Part shown: piece by piece, positions 40,940 through 51,751 of the stretch
Numbering within the stretch: position 1 is the stretch's first letter
How the letters are laid out: each line of letters starts with the position of its first letter
Assembly: GCA_051599415.1 (NCBI GenBank)
Contig: AP039697.1
Span: forward strand, 1-64,000
DNA length: 64,000 nt
Origin: Savitreella phatthalungensis
Lineage: Eukaryota
Reading direction: 5' to 3'
Translations under genes and position numbers: made by a program
Notes under the pieces: model-generated
Database searches by the model: none
Told to the model about the DNA's origin: nothing
The model's input: the letters and a program-made list of their open reading frames with translations, nothing else

Positions 40940-43900
40940 ATGCAGAGTCATCAAGCTCGTGCTGTTAGTTCCAGCAGTGGCGGCTCTAGCAGTGGCAATG
41001 CTGGCGGGCCTAATGGCGGAACTGGCAGTGGCAGGCCAAATCTTCGTATCGCTCACCGTCGCACTCCAAGTGAGTTGACTCCATTGATGATGGAGCAGTA
41101 CGCACTGCAGCAGCAAATTGAGATGCTCCAGGCGCAGCAAGCGCTCCTCCAGAATCAGCAGGCCACTTATGCCTCGCAGAATTCGACTGGCAGCGGAGGC
41201 TTCGTCTTTCCACCGCCAGGCTCATCGATGGGCCATCGGCGTGGGGCTTCCATCAATCAGTCGTACGTAGGTGGTCCCCCGCCAGCTCCAAGCACGCACG
41301 CCTTCAGTACAGAGCAACCGGTGCAGCAGCCTTCGGTGGGACATCAGCGCCGAGGGTCGCAGCCTGGTCACAACCGTCGACATTCACTTGCTCTGCCCGA
41401 AGCTCGGCGTGCAGCGGAGAAGGCACAGGCTCAACGGCTGGGCGCTTCGACCTCAGAAGAATCGAATCCTACAAACGCTCCTAGCCAGATGCCTCCACCC
41501 TCGCACCCGCGTCCGCCATCCCCTCAACGCCGAACGCAGGCCCATGGGCGCAGCCAGAGCATGGCTGTCGGCCTTCGTTCCACTTCGCCGGTCAGGGGAA
41601 CTCCATTCCAGTTTCCTCCCGCGCCTCGGAACGACGTGCAAAGTCGTCACAGCCACGGTCGTTCCCAATCGCGCTCAATCGAGGGCAACTGGCGAGCCAG
41701 CGCGGCAGCTCCGTCAGCAGATTTCCAGCCAGGTCACCGCGCTCGCGCTAGTATGGGCAGTAGTATCTCGTCCCTTCAGCAATTTGGTCAAAACTTCGCC
41801 TTCCCGCCGCAGCCCGGAGGCTTCAATGCACTGCTGCCACCGATGCTTGGCCAGAATGCTCTACTACAGCAAATGCAGCAGCAACAGCAACAGGCCGGTG
41901 CAGCACAGCAGCGTAAATCGCTCTTCAGTCCGTATCTTCCACAGGCATCACTCCCGAGCCTTATGAGCGACGGTCGACTGGTTGCTGGCGTGCTGCGCGT
42001 AAACAAGAAGAACCGCAGCGATGCATACGTTGCGACTGATATCCTTGATGACGACATATTCATCTGCGGATCGAAGGATCGCAATCGCGCACTGGAAGGA
42101 GATTACGTAGCTGTTGAACTGCTCGACGTTGACGAAGTCTGGGCTGCCAAGCGCGACAAAGAAGAGAAGAAAAAACGCAAGGATAATAATCCGAATCCGA
42201 ATCTGCGCCGTCAGGGCAGCATTCGGGACAGACCTGAGGCGAAGAAGAAAGATGATGTTGAAGTAGAGGGCCAGGGGTTATTGCTCGTTGACGAAGAAGA
42301 AGTCAGTGACACGCAGAAGCCTGCATATGCCGGACATATCGTTGCAGTCGTCGAGCGGACGCCGGGACAGATGTTCAGTGGTACTTTGGGCCTTCTGAGA
42401 CCTTCCAGCGCTGCGACCAAGGAGAAGCAGGATGCCGAGCGTCGCGAACGTGAAGGTCCTGGTGCGACAGCGCGTGAGCGCAATCAGGAGCGGCCTAAGA
42501 TTGTTTGGTTTAAGCCGACGGACAAACGCGTCCCGCTCATCGCGATCCCTACAGAGCAGGCGCCGCGTGACTTCGTGGAAAACCACGAAAACTACAAGAA
42601 CAGGATTTTCGTGGCCTCCATCAAACGCTGGCCGATAACATCGCTGCACCCCTTCGGTACTTTGACGGAAGAGCTTGGTAACATGGGTGACGTTGCTGTC
42701 GAGACCGAAGCTCTCCTGCGCGACAGCAGTTTCCTTACCGAAACATTCCCGTCCAATGTCATCGATGCTGTCGAACAGATGCGAAAGGAAGATATCGACA
42801 TCGAGGCCGAGAGCCGTAAAGACTTTCGCGGCGAACAGACGTTTGCAATCACTTCCGGTAACGCGAGCGAAATTGAGCACATTTTCCACATTCGTCAGTC
42901 CACAGATGGTTACGAAGTTGGTGTTCACGTCACCGACATGGCTCAGAGCATCGGCGTTGGCTACTCCGTAGACCGCGAAGCCAAGAAACGTGGTTCGAGT
43001 GTCAAATTGGTCAAAAGACAGGTCCCCATGTTACCAGAATCTTTTACACACGACGTCGGCTCTTTGCTGGTTGACCAAGATCGGCGCACCGTATCGATTG
43101 TGTTCAAAATTTCTACCGATTTTGAGCTTGAGGATAGTTGGGTGGGACGCTCGGTCGTGCGGAACTCGAGACAGCTATCAGAGGCAGAAGTCAACGAAAA
43201 GCTTTGCAGAGATGCTGCCACAACCGACACAGACCAGACAATTCACGAAGCTCTGAAATCGATGCACCAGGTCGCTTCCCGTCTCATCGCTCTCCGCATT
43301 CCCGGAGCTAATCTCGAGACGGCCTCGTTATCCATGCTTTCCAACATGGATCACGAAGAAGATAATCCGGAAGCCGTGTCGGCAGCCGTATTCGTCGACA
43401 ACGTTGCGCGTCACTTGGTCGAGGAACTTCTGATCCGTGCTGATATCACAGTTGCTGAGATGCTGGTGGAGAGGATCCCGCACGCCGCTGTACTGCGCAA
43501 ACAGTCGCCTCCAAGTGCTAAGCGTCTTGAGCTGTTCCTTGTGCGCGCGAGCCGTCTTGGCTATGATATGAAGGGTGCGACAAATTTGCCGGATCTTTTA
43601 AGCCGCATCCGTTCTGTGCCCGATCAGGCAGTTCGGAAGGCGCTTGAGATTTATCTGTTCAAAGCGTGTCAAGCCCCATCATACATCGTAGCCAACGTCA
43701 ACAATCAGCCAGACACACGTCACTATGGCTTGAACGTGCCCGTCTTCACGCACTTCACGAGGCCATTCGCGAATTACGCGCATCTCATTACTCACCGCCA
43801 GCTCACAGTTGCCCTTGCCGGAGGCCAGTGGAATGAGGATGGTGAATCATTCGGCAAGTCGATTGATCTTTGCAATATGAAATCTGACGCAGCCAAGAAT

Positions 43901-44716
43901 GCGCAACAACAATCTATCCACCTTATTCTGTGTTCGATGGTCGACAGATTGTCTGCCACAACGGGATATGTAATCCGTCAGGCTACCGTCATCGGCGTCG
44001 CTGAATCGAGCTTTGACGTACTTTTGCCGGAATTCGGCGTCGAGAAGCGCGTGCATCTCGATCAGTTACCTCTCCACAAGGCGGAGTTCGACCCAAAGAC
44101 CCGCGAGCTCGAGCTGTATTGGATTAAGGGCATTGACTCTGCCACTTTTGTTCCGGCTGAGTCCAACTCATCCGCGCCTGGCGGCAACGGACCTGTCGGC
44201 AGCAATTCAATCACGTCGATCTCTGCGGTAGCTTCAGCGGCCAAAAGCCCTCCCGCCGCAAGGATGCGTGGCGTCAGTGCAGTTGAGGAGGAGCTTCTCG
44301 ACCGGAAAATGCTCGAAATTGCTTCTCTCACAATCGACAACGAATCCGCGCTCTATGAGGATGATGAATCTGCTTTCAACGCTGAAGTAGAATCCACTAA
44401 ACAGTCCACAGCTTCAGAAGGACCGTCAGCTTCACTGAGCGCCCCGACTTCACCTCCGCCTCAAAGACCGACAGGGGCGCTGTCCCGTACGATCGCATCT
44501 TCCACATCCGTGCCAACTTTGGCAGAAGCTAGCCACGTGCCAAGAGACAAACCGGCGTTTGTCTTCGAGCAGATCGAGCGTCGTCAAGACGGCTCAATTG
44601 TGCAAACTATCTCCGAGCTCTCGAGTGTGCCTGTGGTGCTGCAAGCTGACTGCCTTTACAAATCACCTCCTCTCTTGCTCGTCCGCGCCATCAATCCTGC
44701 TGCACGTGACAGCTAG
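40940..44716 (+). CDS. SSD1: Ssd1/Sts5 RNA-binding RNase II-family pseudonuclease
   Basis: HRRTPSELTPLM, RKSLFSPYLPQ, LRVNKKNRSDAYV, ICGSKDRNRALEGD, KRWPITSLHPFG, FTHFT. Confidence 0.95.
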   Translation: MQSHQARAVSSSSGGSSSGNAGGPNGGTGSGRPNLRIAHRRTPSELTPLMMEQYALQQQIEMLQAQQALLQNQQATYASQNSTGSGGFVFPPPGSSMGHRRGASINQSYVGGPPPAPSTHAFSTEQPVQQPSVGHQRRGSQPGHNRRHSLALPEARRAAEKAQAQRLGASTSEESNPTNAPSQMPPPSHPRPPSPQRRTQAHGRSQSMAVGLRSTSPVRGTPFQFPPAPRNDVQSRHSHGRSQSRSIEGNWRASAAAPSADFQPGHRARASMGSSISSLQQFGQNFAFPPQPGGFNALLPPMLGQNALLQQMQQQQQQAGAAQQRKSLFSPYLPQASLPSLMSDGRLVAGVLRVNKKNRSDAYVATDILDDDIFICGSKDRNRALEGDYVAVELLDVDEVWAAKRDKEEKKKRKDNNPNPNLRRQGSIRDRPEAKKKDDVEVEGQGLLLVDEEEVSDTQKPAYAGHIVAVVERTPGQMFSGTLGLLRPSSAATKEKQDAERREREGPGATARERNQERPKIVWFKPTDKRVPLIAIPTEQAPRDFVENHENYKNRIFVASIKRWPITSLHPFGTLTEELGNMGDVAVETEALLRDSSFLTETFPSNVIDAVEQMRKEDIDIEAESRKDFRGEQTFAITSGNASEIEHIFHIRQSTDGYEVGVHVTDMAQSIGVGYSVDREAKKRGSSVKLVKRQVPMLPESFTHDVGSLLVDQDRRTVSIVFKISTDFELEDSWVGRSVVRNSRQLSEAEVNEKLCRDAATTDTDQTIHEALKSMHQVASRLIALRIPGANLETASLSMLSNMDHEEDNPEAVSAAVFVDNVARHLVEELLIRADITVAEMLVERIPHAAVLRKQSPPSAKRLELFLVRASRLGYDMKGATNLPDLLSRIRSVPDQAVRKALEIYLFKACQAPSYIVANVNNQPDTRHYGLNVPVFTHFTRPFANYAHLITHRQLTVALAGGQWNEDGESFGKSIDLCNMKSDAAKNAQQQSIHLILCSMVDRLSATTGYVIRQATVIGVAESSFDVLLPEFGVEKRVHLDQLPLHKAEFDPKTRELELYWIKGIDSATFVPAESNSSAPGGNGPVGSNSITSISAVASAAKSPPAARMRGVSAVEEELLDRKMLEIASLTIDNESALYEDDESAFNAEVESTKQSTASEGPSASLSAPTSPPPQRPTGALSRTIASSTSVPTLAEASHVPRDKPAFVFEQIERRQDGSIVQTISELSSVPVVLQADCLYKSPPLLLVRAINPAARDS

Positions 44717-44902
44717 ATCAGATATGATGATCAATGACATGCCTGAAGACAAATATTCGTATAGTATACTTTTGAGCCTCGTGATGACTCGAAGGGTAAA
44801 ATAACATTTAAGTCTACGTGATTGTCGAATATCGGAACCAGACGCTAGCGAACTCCCTCGGGTCTCCTTGCGTACTTCTCTGCAGGTCCGACCTCTGTTC
44901 AT

Positions 44903-46132
44903 TCATTCGTGGTACATTCTGTCGATCCAGCGCTGTGCGAGTGCGAGCTGTGGGTCGCAGCGATCATGTGACCAGTCCCAGTCCGGACTAAACAAACGCA
45001 TGTATCTTCCTGCCACAGACTCAATCATCTCATCTTCTTTGAGTTCATGAACGGCAATAGCCTCGTCGTGGAGATGAGCGTGACGATTTGGTGCTGACAG
45101 CTCAGATTGCGGATCGTAATGAATGAAAGGCATTGAACGAGGCTGCCAATTTAAAGTGCGATTTAAGGCCACCAGGTATGCAGCGGTATCTGCGTCCTCG
45201 TACAGCGCATACCGATGCGTCGTCTGCTCGTCTGGCTGAACTTGAGAGAGATCGTGCAAGCTATGCACCAAGCTATATGCATTTTGTGGCGACATGTCCT
45301 TGACCATGTCGAGACTGAGTCCATAGCACATTCCGGACATGTACAAATGCTTCTGAAAGAAGCTTGGAAAGCCAGGCAGATTCGCTGGCTTGCCCCAATA
45401 GACCTGTGGGAGCCCAACCAGAGACACCAAGTCGCGTGCTGCATTTGCAAAGACGACGAATGTGTCGTCATCAACCTTTAGCACCATGTCATAAGGCAGT
45501 TCTGGTGTGTATCGCGAGGAGCTATGTGTTGACTCAGGTGAACCTTTCTGCGCCATCGGACCACGCATGAGCGCTTCTCGAACGGCCTCCTGGCCGTATG
45601 TCTTGTCTACATGCTCAAACCAGGCAAACGTCTTGCCACGATTCATGTCCTCCCCGATATCGAGCTCGATCAGATCGTTGAACTCGGCTTGTTCAGCTTC
45701 GATCGCGATTCGAAGAGCTTCGTTTTCTATGCGACCGAGGACAAAGCGGATCTCGAAGTGTGCGCGTGGGAGGAACTTTGAAATCACTGGTTGCTGAGCC
45801 TTATAGACCCTGCGAAGCGTGTTGCGTCTCGATCGTGTGCCTGGTGTCGTGAAAATGCCAACGAGTACTGAGAGGCGCGCTTCAGAGCTACAGTCGTGCA
45901 GAAAATGTTGATGACTGACAGTGTCATCGCGAACGTCGGGTCCTACTTCGTTCTCAGGGGAGAAACTGTTCCACGCTACTGTCAAGTCACCTGCAATGAG
46001 CCGAAATGCTTTTGCAACACTCTCGCCATCGAGTGTGACATCGCGCGATAAAGAGAGGGCCACAAAAAAGACTGTGGAGCACATCAGTGCTATGATCCCA
46101 AGCAGACGTAAGCGCCGGCGGAACAGTATCAT
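44903..46132 (-). CDS. GT31 beta-1,3-galactosyltransferase-like type II membrane protein (Pvg3-like)
   Basis: N-terminal TM; RRNTLR, FVLG, EQAEFNDL, EDMNRGKT, KVDDDTFV, YMSGMCY, EDA motifs. Confidence 0.82.
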   Translation of the reverse strand: MILFRRRLRLLGIIALMCSTVFFVALSLSRDVTLDGESVAKAFRLIAGDLTVAWNSFSPENEVGPDVRDDTVSHQHFLHDCSSEARLSVLVGIFTTPGTRSRRNTLRRVYKAQQPVISKFLPRAHFEIRFVLGRIENEALRIAIEAEQAEFNDLIELDIGEDMNRGKTFAWFEHVDKTYGQEAVREALMRGPMAQKGSPESTHSSSRYTPELPYDMVLKVDDDTFVVFANAARDLVSLVGLPQVYWGKPANLPGFPSFFQKHLYMSGMCYGLSLDMVKDMSPQNAYSLVHSLHDLSQVQPDEQTTHRYALYEDADTAAYLVALNRTLNWQPRSMPFIHYDPQSELSAPNRHAHLHDEAIAVHELKEDEMIESVAGRYMRLFSPDWDWSHDRCDPQLALAQRWIDRMYHE

Positions 46133-46561
46133 CTTCGAATCTGTCAATCAAGCTGCCTTCAATAGCTTGAACTATTCTGTCGCAGCTCACGTTGCAATAG
46201 CCACGCTTTCCAGTGGTCAGCAAGAGCTATACCTTCGAAGATGTATGATTCGAGCGTCTTTGACCGCAAAGTTTACGTCAGTACAGGACCTGGATCTGCA
46301 ATGATAACTGTCTATACTGGACTCGGGTCTGTGTATATTGTTTGTACGAACATGTGATGTGCATCTTGGCCTCCACAAAACTCACAAAGCCGTCTTTCTC
46401 ACTCGAATAGCATCATGCAGACGTTCGCGAGCCAGTGAATACTGCGCCACTTCCGTATTGAACGCTCAAGTTGGAACTGATGACATTTGCCGTGGAACTT
46501 GGGTCTCAAGCACCCCTTTTTTCGAGACGAACCGTGAACTGCTCGCGGGTACACGAGCAAC

Positions 46562-48211
46562 ATGCGAGAGCAGGGTCTTGTGAAAACGGGCTCTTCTGCG
46601 ATTGAGCTTCAGCTGAGAAGCACCGAGCAGGATAGACCTGCTCCCTCGAGATTTCCATATTGCCGCCACCTGCGCAAATCAACAGCTTTGCTTGCACTTC
46701 TACTAACGGCACTTACGGCGATTTTCACAGTTTCACTACGATACTGCGATATAGGCATCGCCAGGGACTATCGGAAATCAGCAAGATCACCCGGCTATCA
46801 GTCTACGGCATGCCAGAATATGAGCCATCGTCCACATCTGACAGAGCCTGGGATTTGCCCGGAACACATACCAGATGTGGGAGTCTGGTTTGAGCTGGAG
46901 GCGCTACCGGCTGGTAATCTTAATGCGTTCGAATACGATCTATGTATGGTGCGTTTGACTGACTGCGTTCGCGCCGCTCCGTGGTCAAGTCCTTATGTGC
47001 TAATGCATCAGACCTCGCCAGAATCGAGTAGTTACAGCAATACGCGTGTCAATAGCACTGTCTTTCCACAGCTGATGCACACCTTCAAATTGGTGAATGA
47101 CGATCATGATCACTATGGTCGTCATAGAGAGAGCATGTTCAGGTGGCGACTCCGACAGCCTACGTGGCAGCACTTCCTGTGGGACGATGACAGCGGTTCT
47201 AAGCTTATCGAGCTGAATCTGCCGGAGATTCTGCCGATGTACAAGTCCGTGAGCCTCTCCCTCCGCGCTGAAGTCGTCAAAGTAGTAGTGCTCTGGCGGT
47301 TCGGTGGAGTATGGCACGATGATTTGGTTGAGAGTCTAGCCAGTTGGGAGGAGTTCGAGCGAGAGCTCATGAGATGTGTTATCGCTCCGCGATGGCAATC
47401 ACACGCACAGGTGTTTGTGTACGCAGATGACCCACAAACGAGATTGCCGTCGACGGCGCTTATCGCTTCGACATCGCATCATACCTTGCTTGAGGAATTC
47501 TTCGCGAGCTTGCAGCATCTCCGTGAAGAGGCAATTGCAATCCATGATGGTGAAGCTTTGCCAGCTTACCGGTCGCACTCACAGCTTCATAAGGTCAGAC
47601 TCATGTTTTCAGCAAATGGGCTTCGCGATGCGCTTCTGAGATTCGAGACTCGACGCGGCGCGGATGACAGAGTACTGTCAGAAGCATCTGGTCATAGGCT
47701 TGCCGACGGAATAGTTGTGAAGCTGTCAACCGACTTTGTGTATCCAAGCATCGATATCAGTCAACGCGTCTTGCAAAAGGGAGCCCTCTCCAACGACCTA
47801 GAGCAATTGAGAAAGGCCTCGTCCGAGATCAAATTAGGTTGGCAGACTTCAGAGTCTGCGGCCGAATACAAACAGGCGCTCTTTTATTCCGACACTCTTA
47901 GAGCGGCGTGCGACTTTGAGCATGTACTGTTCGATGCAGATCTATGCCAATCGAAAGGACTTCGATTGTATCGAGGCTTTCCCTGTCACATGCCCTACAA
48001 CAAGCAAGACTGTCTTCCGCTACATCGACACGACTTTAGACACGATATCGATGTCGCCACGAAGACTAGCACTCGAATGGGCCATGTACGTCAAGCTCTT
48101 TCGCCCGAATCTGATGTATCAGGAATTCCTCACACACGGCCGCCACGTTTTCCCCATCTGACACTCGACTGGCGAAAGGTTTTGGTCAACAGATCAAGAG
48201 CCGCTGCCTAG
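46562..48211 (+). CDS. GT32/DXD sugar-binding-like glycosyltransferase (Och1/Sur1-like fold), degenerate DXD
   Basis: TM anchor; FPQLMHTF, W...QPTWQHFLWDDD, RAEVVK..VLWRFGGVWHD, HH.LL. Confidence 0.65.
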   Translation: MREQGLVKTGSSAIELQLRSTEQDRPAPSRFPYCRHLRKSTALLALLLTALTAIFTVSLRYCDIGIARDYRKSARSPGYQSTACQNMSHRPHLTEPGICPEHIPDVGVWFELEALPAGNLNAFEYDLCMVRLTDCVRAAPWSSPYVLMHQTSPESSSYSNTRVNSTVFPQLMHTFKLVNDDHDHYGRHRESMFRWRLRQPTWQHFLWDDDSGSKLIELNLPEILPMYKSVSLSLRAEVVKVVVLWRFGGVWHDDLVESLASWEEFERELMRCVIAPRWQSHAQVFVYADDPQTRLPSTALIASTSHHTLLEEFFASLQHLREEAIAIHDGEALPAYRSHSQLHKVRLMFSANGLRDALLRFETRRGADDRVLSEASGHRLADGIVVKLSTDFVYPSIDISQRVLQKGALSNDLEQLRKASSEIKLGWQTSESAAEYKQALFYSDTLRAACDFEHVLFDADLCQSKGLRLYRGFPCHMPYNKQDCLPLHRHDFRHDIDVATKTSTRMGHVRQALSPESDVSGIPHTRPPRFPHLTLDWRKVLVNRSRAAA

Positions 48212-48314
48212 CATATGATGTGCGGCCGATGTGATTGACGAGCAGCGCTTCGTTACTATATATACTGCTCTAGCGTGCTGATTTGACGCATGAAAACTCG
48301 CCTCACGGCTGCCA

Positions 48315-49550
48315 TTATTTTTCTGCTTGTGAATGTCGACCCTGACAGAGCAACTTTTGCATTTCTTTGGCAGCGTCGTGCGTGTTGTGTGCGAACGTAG
48401 TGGTTCGACAATCTTGGAGCCAAGTCTGATCATATCGAGCGATTTTTGCGTACTCTCCCTCCTCCAGCACGACGTGTCGCAAACCCCAGAGCGAGCCCAG
48501 GATATGAGCGTGCAAGCGATCCGAGACATACGCTCGAGCAGATGTCAGGAACTTATTTGCAGCACGGACTCTGTCCAACGCACGATCTGGCAGGCTGATT
48601 CCTTCATACTTTGTCACGTCTTCATCGAGCCAGTCTCCAGCAATGACTGAGACTGCCGTTGATATGTTACTCTCGCCTTGGGAGCGCTGCAGATCGTCTC
48701 GGAAAGCTTGAAATCCTTTTCCGTGATTTTGTCCAGCCTCTAGATCCGTCCTAGCTTGAAGCAGAACATCTTCCGGGATCTTTATCTCGCTCTTCTGTCG
48801 ATCATGCGCGTATATAAACATTTCGCGCGGCAAGCAGAACAGCATAGTCGCTGCGTCCGGGAGCATTTCGATAGAATTAGCGCGGAATCTCTCGTGCATG
48901 AGGTCGAAAGACTCCAGATCACGTGCGGCTAGCTGAAGGTCTTGGTGTCTGCCGAAGACATCGACTGCACGCTGGAGATTCTCCTCAGAATTGAAAGCAA
49001 TCGTTTGCGGGAAGCTCCGAATACTGTAGTCAGGGAAATCAGCTGCCACATGTTCTCGCATTATTTGATGATCCGGGTAGAGGTCTCCGAAGTTACCACC
49101 GCCGTGAAAGATGATGCCAGCCACTGAAGCTCCCCCTGCAGCCTCGAGGACAGCCCTGATTTTTTGTTTGTCGTATGACGACAACCAAACGGTCATTCCA
49201 ATGATCGTCTTGTTAAGCATTCGCAGGAGCGTCTCCTCGCCCAAGAAGATCGCGCTATCACCCTTGTTGGCGTGGTCTGGGAATCCAACGAGAACAAATC
49301 CCTCTTTGTCACGGAGTAGGTCTTCATAGACACCAAGCAGTAGCTCGACCTGATTTTCAAAGCTCAATGCGCACTCGGGCGTCTCAGGCTGACCTGGGAA
49401 TTGCGTATTATCCACACACACGTTTGTTTCGGGGGATACCACTGTCGTACGCAATGTCACATGATTCTGACGATCAGAGACGACCAAAATCTGAAGGAAG
49501 AAGACCAATAACCCGGAGCCAATGAGTATCCCCGGCAAAAGGCGGCTCAT
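48315..49550 (-). CDS. pvg1: Polysaccharide pyruvyltransferase, Pvg1-like
   Basis: TM anchor; DHANKGDSAI, HGGGNFGDLYPDHQ, FPQTI, ARD..SF, LPDAA, SDRLHAHIL, Y.KI..Y..TW. Confidence 0.9.
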   Translation of the reverse strand: MSRLLPGILIGSGLLVFFLQILVVSDRQNHVTLRTTVVSPETNVCVDNTQFPGQPETPECALSFENQVELLLGVYEDLLRDKEGFVLVGFPDHANKGDSAIFLGEETLLRMLNKTIIGMTVWLSSYDKQKIRAVLEAAGGASVAGIIFHGGGNFGDLYPDHQIMREHVAADFPDYSIRSFPQTIAFNSEENLQRAVDVFGRHQDLQLAARDLESFDLMHERFRANSIEMLPDAATMLFCLPREMFIYAHDRQKSEIKIPEDVLLQARTDLEAGQNHGKGFQAFRDDLQRSQGESNISTAVSVIAGDWLDEDVTKYEGISLPDRALDRVRAANKFLTSARAYVSDRLHAHILGSLWGLRHVVLEEGEYAKIARYDQTWLQDCRTTTFAHNTHDAAKEMQKLLCQGRHSQAEK

Positions 49551-50725
49551 GATTATGTTCCTGGGCAGCACTTGACGATTACAAGCCTTCAAACAGCAAC
49601 CCCGGCCCTTGACAATCCGCACGCCTTACGCCGAACTCAACGACTTGTCCGGAATCTGTAATTTGGCGTCCAGTCTTGGAGAGACGCGTGATAATGCCAA
49701 ACCCTCCCTGCAATGCGTCAAATCTCCATCGTGATTCGGTACGATACTCGCGGGGAATGCAGACAATTTAATGAGCCTGAAAGCGGCGTGGCCATTTCCA
49801 AGCCAACACAGAAACGATGTGGTCAAGACTGCCTAGTCATTGTACTACAATAAGGACTAGTAAAAAGATCTATCAACTTGTTGTGCACTACGATTCCGCT
49901 TTGTAGTCAGAGAGAGCCAGTGAAGTTCCTATCGTGGTCGAATCGCCCAATTGAACTTGGATCTCAGTGTCGCGAACGCGCCCGGCCGAAGGTATGGCTT
50001 TCGTCAATCTCAAATGATCAGGACATGACAAAGAGCCTAGTAATGTTTGAGTAGGATGCACAGGAAGCTTGGAGAACAACGATTTGCATTTGACAGCCTT
50101 TCGACTTCGTCCAGACGAATGGTCCACGACATCGTCCGGCTCGTTCCCCGATCCGCTTCGTATGAACTATACGAGGGGAAATCGGCGTTTGTTGCGTTTT
50201 GCGTTCGCTGGCGTGTGCCCAAATCACCACGCGATAGCGAATGAGCCATGAAACCAACTAATACGAAGGATCAAGGATGTCGGAAGCCCACAATGTGCCA
50301 CCGGAACCTTTTCAAGCTTGTACCCACCCAGCGGTCGACCTGCTTTTCTGTGACGGCACGAGAATATTATCGCACAAGCATACGAAGTGACGTCAATTGA
50401 CACGAGTGAATGTGTATCACGCGATCTTGCTTCGATGACATTGTCTAGAACGCAGCAATAACTTCAATGAGGTTCCATGCACGCGATGCTTTCGTCAGAC
50501 TCACATTTTCTGAACGCAGCTGCTAGTCTTTACATTACAGGAATGATGCTAGCTATATATGTATATATATGCACGTCAGCAATATACACGTGCTTGCCCC
50601 GTAAAGTGTGTTCAGATGCTGACCACTGCACCGAACCACAGAGCTCAAGGTACTCAACACGACATCGACAGACGGTACTGAACCAAGTGTAAGGGTCTAC
50701 CAAAGATTGAGGGCGCCAAGTATCA

Positions 50726-51751
50726 ATGACCACAATGGACCGGACCGCTTCCAGTCGCATGTATGGAGCGTGCGCAATATCGACACACGTTGCCAGTGCG
50801 CTCGTTACGACGTTAATCAACAAAATTGCTCTTAATACTGCGGCACTTCCATGTCTTCTTATGCTCGCACAATCGCTTATTGCTATCACGATAATTTACT
50901 CGGGTAGTCTTGCAGGCTTATGGCAGGTCCGCTTCCTTCCAGCCAACGACTTGCGCCACTTGTTACCGTACTTTATTGCAAGGAGCGCATCACAAGCATC
51001 CAAATTGATCTGCTTGCGCGCTGTCGATGCGGCTTTCTACCAAGTCGCCAGAGGCCTCCTCCTGCCCTTCACAGTTATCCTGTCATTCTTCCTGCTGCGT
51101 AACTGGGCGATCTCAAGGCTCGCATTTGGCGGATGCATCATTGTGATCTTTGGCTTTGCCATTGGCTTGAGAGGTGAATTGCTGGCCAATACAACCAAGG
51201 CCGGTTTGCCGATGGGTTCTTTGTCGGCTCTTGCTACAGCGGCCGAGACTGTCTCGCTGAAGCGCTGCCTGGACGATAAAGGTCCCAAGTTGCTCGACAT
51301 TGCGCTGACTGCATCTTGCTTTAATGTACCATTCGCCGCGCTTCTGGCCTGGGTCACGGGTGATAATGAAATGCTAGTCAGGTATGTCTACAGCGATGCA
51401 CAAAGGTTATCTATTCAGAGACTGATCGGCATCTTCACCATTTCAGGACTATTCAGTTGCATCCTGTCGCTGGCTACGCTCCTACAGATTTCAGTCACCT
51501 CACCTGTGACGCATATGGTGTCGACGGCTTTCCGAGGAGTGCTGCAGTCCGTGATAGCCATTTGTGTCTTTCGGACGGAACGCCTCACTTCTTCGCGCAT
51601 CGTCTCCCTCTCCGTCATCATCTCAGGCACGCTGGCTTATAGCTACGGCAAGGAGCTGGAGCGTAGCATTGCTATCACCGAGTCTCGCAATCTTCAGATG
51701 CGCAAAAATGGAAATCTACAGGAGCAGCATCGGGGCGCCATTTTCGGATGA
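50726..51751 (+). CDS. TPT/nucleotide-sugar transporter family Golgi transporter (SLC35C1-like/Pet1-like)
   Basis: INK..L, CLRAVDAAFYQVARGLLLPFTV, LQISVTSPVTHMVS..RGV; ~10 hydrophobic segments. Confidence 0.85.
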   Translation: MTTMDRTASSRMYGACAISTHVASALVTTLINKIALNTAALPCLLMLAQSLIAITIIYSGSLAGLWQVRFLPANDLRHLLPYFIARSASQASKLICLRAVDAAFYQVARGLLLPFTVILSFFLLRNWAISRLAFGGCIIVIFGFAIGLRGELLANTTKAGLPMGSLSALATAAETVSLKRCLDDKGPKLLDIALTASCFNVPFAALLAWVTGDNEMLVRYVYSDAQRLSIQRLIGIFTISGLFSCILSLATLLQISVTSPVTHMVSTAFRGVLQSVIAICVFRTERLTSSRIVSLSVIISGTLAYSYGKELERSIAITESRNLQMRKNGNLQEQHRGAIFG

